Positions 59,892 through 64,000 of a stretch of 64,000 bases of DNA are shown here, one piece after another. Source of the stretch: Amphiscolops sp. MND2022 (taxonomy: Eukaryota); assembly GCA_964187785.1 (NCBI GenBank), contig OZ076410.1, positions 80,228,001 to 80,292,000 on the forward strand. The letters are read 5' to 3'. The notes beneath the pieces were generated by a model. The model did no database searches and was not told the origin of the DNA. It was given only the letters and a program-made list of their open reading frames with translations. The translations under genes and the position numbers were made by a program. The number at the start of each line of letters is the position of its first letter. The stretch's first letter is position 1.

Positions 59892-60564
59892 CCTAGGTTA
59901 ACCATCATGGCTAATTTATGGATATTCATCCATGATTCATCCATGATTAATGGATCACCATGTCATGAATCATTCCATGATCTTGGAAAGATATCCATGA
60001 TTCATGGATGATTCATGGATGGAAACCCATGATTCATGGATGGAAACCCATGATTCATGGATTAAATCCCGGACGCCGAGGATGATCATCGATGCAAATT
60101 AATGCGAAGGCCGTTTTTGAACTGGCCGTTGAACTGGATACACCAGATTCGATGAATTATTTAAAAAATATTACCATAAAATCTAGTTTTTGGATTGATA
60201 AATTACGAAAACACCCTCAAAAATGATGAAAACGCCTAAAAAGAGCACAAATTAAGCGGATATCATGGGATTTGACATCTATCGAAACAAACAAGTCAAA
60301 TAAACCTCAGTTTGATGAGAATTGACACGCACAGAAAATTTTGCCTAGGCTAATTTAGCTAAATTAGCTAATTCGAACATTTGAACAAATTTTTCAACAT
60401 TGCAAATCATGGATGAATCATGGATGACAATCATGGATGAAAATCCATGAAGCGTCACTCTGCCATGGATCATCGATGTTTTTCCATGAATAAGTATGTA
60501 ATGTGTTGAAAAATCCATGATCATAGATGAATATCCATGAATTAGCCATGATGGTCAACCTGGG
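59892..60564. mobile_element. MITE with ~39-bp TIRs and TA flanks (CMC/EnSpm-like)
   Basis: CCTAGGTTAACCATCATGGCTAATTTATGGATATTCATC versus the reverse complement of the right end: 3 mismatches. TA on both sides. Subterminal CCATGA/TCATGG arrays. Confidence 0.8.
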
Positions 60565-61032
60565 TAATCAGGCTGGGAGTTGGCGCGTTTGAAATGCCGG
60601 CCGCAATCATAGCTGCTTTCATTTAAAAAACTTCCAAATGCGTTTTTAATGGTTTTAATGGTTGCCTACTGTGTTACTAGAATGGGACAGTAAATTAGCA
60701 AACAGTTGCTCAGTTATTGAGAAAAATCAATTTTTAAATGTAGTTTTCGCGAGTTTTCACTTTTGCACACAAATGACAGGTCAGCCCAGTATGTCCAATA
60801 GATTGTTAATTTAAAAAAACAAATTTTCTCTTTTTTTCTATATGTTTTTTGTGTTTCGCAACGATTTATGATTGCTAAAAAAATCGCGGTTTTTATTTGA
60901 GGACGAAATCACTCGAGGAAATGATGAATGTTACGATTATCTTTTGGCTTGATAAAATTCTATTTGTAAATAAATGTCAATATCTAACTGTTTTTTTAGA
61001 GAACGTGTTAGCTCTCTTACACCCTTAGTAAC

Positions 61033-61515
61033 AACAAGACGGGAACGTCTCAAGTCGGCGCTATATCTAAGGCTCGAAAAGCGCAAAACATTTTTTTTTT
61101 GAAAAAAATTTGAAATTTTCGAAAAAAAATTCTTTCGGAAAATGTCGCACAGTGCCGAAAAATGTAAAAGGGGGGACCCTTTTTGATTTATAAACACGCA
61201 TTCTGTAGCAAAATAACAAAAAACTCAAAGGGGGGACCCTTTGGGGACATCAAAAAAGTTTCGAAAAAAAGTCTCACAGTGCCGAAAAAAAATCGAAAGG
61301 GGGGGGGGGAACTTTAGTCCCATCCGGGCTCGTATGTAACGTTTAAAAAGTAAATGAATGCGCTCCCCGTTTGCCTTTAGCGGTTCAGTAGTTTAGTACT
61401 TATTTAGTAGTTGAACGTTAATTTTAACGTTCGTCGCTTCGAGTCTGTCTTAAATAAAAAAAACGATTGACTGTAATAGTCGGGCTCTTTTCTTAAGAAA
61501 AGCGCCGACTAAAAA
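61033..61515 (-). mobile_element. Helentron-associated-like element, inverted copy of 37538-38033
   Basis: Same subTIRs, 5' palindrome and 3' stem-loop. Confidence 0.65.
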
Positions 61516-62272
61516 TAATACAAATGTAATGTAGCATGACAACGTATGTTGCAAATGAATATATACAGCAATTGCATTCGTGAAGACTTTTCGCATGAAA
61601 CACATAATGAAAAATACTGTTTGCTATCTCGAAATCATGTTTGATTTTGTTCACGTCAGTTTATTCACGTGAGTTGTGAATTAGTTTCACGTTTCTTCAT
61701 GATTTGGTTGGAACAAGTGCGGGATTGAGTTGAACCCACTTTTATGTAGCTGCAGTTATTTGCAGTTCAAGTTTTCTTTCGACCATTAACTTTTCCAAAT
61801 ACAATGTAGAGTTTTTGATATATTGTTTTCGTGGTGGCCATGAAGAGGCCTGGAATTTCGATCAAATTGAGAAACAGCTTTCGTCTTAAGGGCTTCAGAA
61901 ACTTCGATACGATCGCGAGACCAGGATTTTTATCAACAAATGGGCAGGATTATTAAGAGGTACAGTACCCCCGCCCACTGACGAGCCCCATTGTCGTCAG
62001 TAACAGAGAAAAAAACTTTGTAATCTTGAAAAAACGTTGCGCTTCTTCAAATGAAACTTTATTGTGCTTATTTTTGAGATAACAAAGTCCCACTTCAAAT
62101 CATTGAACTTTTTTCACTTCCGAAAGCAAATGAACTGATTGGCGAGTTGCAGTGAAGAAACCTACGATAACAGTAAACATCACCCGTTGAAGGCTTTCCT
62201 CGTTCGAAAAAAAGGTGATTGCATGTTTGTTTAAATTACTCATGGTTTTTTTACTAGTTCATTGCTAGTTCA

Positions 62273-62700
62273 TTGCATCATTCGTTAGAAACCTTAACTT
62301 CCGATGAAAAACAGCTGATCCAAAGCAAAACATTCTCAATCGCAGGCCTTAGTCTGAACAAGAACACAAAAAACCCGGGACAAATTGTTCAGAATTTATT
62401 TTCCAAAGATCTCAAAGTGAAACCTAACATTGTTTTTTGGCATGATGTTTTGAATAACAGCATTTCTCGACATGATAGCAATATTTTCCGTGCATTATCA
62501 GTGTCAGAACTGATCAAAGATTTGAAAAGCCTTCAGGACAAATCAGGACAAACTCAGTGCTCTGGTGTATTGCCACTGTTATCGTTCTCCGGACATTTTT
62601 GAACAATCGAAAGTCTTAGAAGCCGATCTTGACATCAAAGTGTTCAATTTTGTCGAAGACCTCATTTCGCCGAAAAAACAGGAGGATACCGAACTTGAGC
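62273..62700 (+). pseudogene. Possible SGNH/GDSL-esterase-like fragment (non-LTR ORF1-like)
   Basis: SIAGLSL...PNIVFWHDVLNNSIS resembles SGNH blocks II/III (GxND replaced by HDVLNN). Frameshifted. Confidence 0.35.
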
Positions 62701-62782
62701 TGGTCCAGTAAGTTTGCTCACAACGCCACTACGAGTGCAGTTGCCTCCTCCGAGTCTCAGTCAGCCCCCATTTCCCCCTCGC

Positions 62783-64000
62783 TGTAGAGACGGTGTTGAG
62801 ACTTCACTGTCTAGTTGAAGTCTCAATATTGCTTCGCCTGTTTCAGAGTTGTGTCCTGACTTAGTTGTTTGGTTGATTCTCTGCAAACTTGATTCTTTTC
62901 ATCTAATCGACTGTCAAGAGAGAGTGCGGAGTTCAAAAACCGATTGAAATTGTGACAGTGGCTTAATTGAGACTGAGTTGTCAACTATGGAAAACACTGG
63001 GTCCACACACATTCCTACCGAAATAGTACCTTTTAGCTTTGTGTAACTTTACTGGTATTAGTAACTTTTAGCTTCGAATATCTTTCAGGTTTTTGTTCCG
63101 ACGTAATTGTTCGGTTGTTGTTGTAACCGTTTTACTGTTCTGGGCACTTGATTTACCGCTCTGAGAAGGTACCCAGTACGTTTAGACTGCGTCCAGACTC
63201 TACTGTTTTGTTGACGTCTTGAAGGTTTGAACTTTCCCAGAAAAATTTTCTTTTAATTCCATGGCGAATTCCGCGCCAGGAAAGGTGCATACGTTGTTCG
63301 ACAGTCTTGCGAAAGCCGAAACCGACTTGAATAAGTGTCAGAAAGATGTCACCGAAGCAAGCAGTAAACAAGGCCGAAAGACTCGTGCGGGTCGAAGAGT
63401 TGGTCACTTCTTGCGAAGAGGCATTGATAAAAGCTTTCACCAAGAACGAACAGCTGCTCGAGCTTGACTAGAAAATCAACGACCCGGCAACTGTAACAGC
63501 GACTTGGAGAAATGATTAAACGATACCACCGTTCAAAGAGATGTAATTTTGAGGAATGCAAGGGAATATATCGATGAATGTCCCCTATCAGACACTTTCT
63601 CGCAAATGTCTTTAGAAACAGCTACCGTAAAGACCAAGTCGAGCAAAGTTTCAAGTAGCAAAGCTTCGAAAACTTCAAGTCAGCGACAACGAGATTTGCT
63701 GATTGCCAAACATAAGCGAGAAGAAATTGAAAGGCAAAACGAAGCTGCTTCACTACTGGCAAGGCAAAAGCAAGAGGTGGAACTCAAGCAACTGGGAAAG
63801 AAGAACCGAAAACGACTGTCAGAGGCGCATCTAGCTGAACTTGAACCCCATGGTTTACCATCTGAAGCTACGAAGATGCCCTTGAAACTCTTTCGCGGTT
63901 GAGCAGAACAACGAACACTAGCGAAAAATGACGAGTTAGAGACTGGGTCAACAAATTCTCCAAACGCTCCCGCAACTAATCAGGAGGCGGAAACAGTGGT
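62783..64000 (+). mobile_element. 5' end of a BEL/Pao-like LTR element (LTR ~62783-63052, PBS-like TGGTATTAG, broken gag start), running off the window
   Basis: TGTAGAG start. TGGTATTAG at 63053 resembles the tRNA-Met PBS TGGTATCAG. The SSKASKTSSQRQRDLLIAKHKREEIERQNEAA Ser-rich/coiled-coil segment is typical of BEL gag N-termini. Confidence 0.5.

Overview
AT-rich eukaryotic (metazoan-type) genomic DNA made almost entirely of old, nested transposable elements. There is one 200-N scaffold gap and one clear host exon: TM4-ECL2-TM5 of a class A GPCR, minus strand, 59053-59271. No prokaryotic features, rRNA or CRISPR were seen. Main units: (1) an intron-containing, zinc-finger, hAT-like transposase pseudogene (5.5-15.6 kb), interrupted by a Ty1/Copia element with TA..GA termini and overlaid by a tandem duplication; (2) a decayed Gypsy element (15.7-21.9 kb, minus); (3) non-autonomous DNA elements, Helentron-associated-like and CMC/hAT-like; (4) a ~19.5 kb Gypsy/metavirus-type provirus (38502-58055, minus); (5) the 5' end of a BEL/Pao-like element at the right edge. 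The provirus is the best novelty candidate. It has 2-2.7 kb LTRs, gag, pol, an env resembling chuvirus-like class III fusion glycoproteins, two tandem paralogous accessory ORFs, two antisense ORFs and a post-env ORF. All assignments come from manual motif reading and hand translation; no database search or alignment program was run. Most ORFs are broken by stops or frameshifts.
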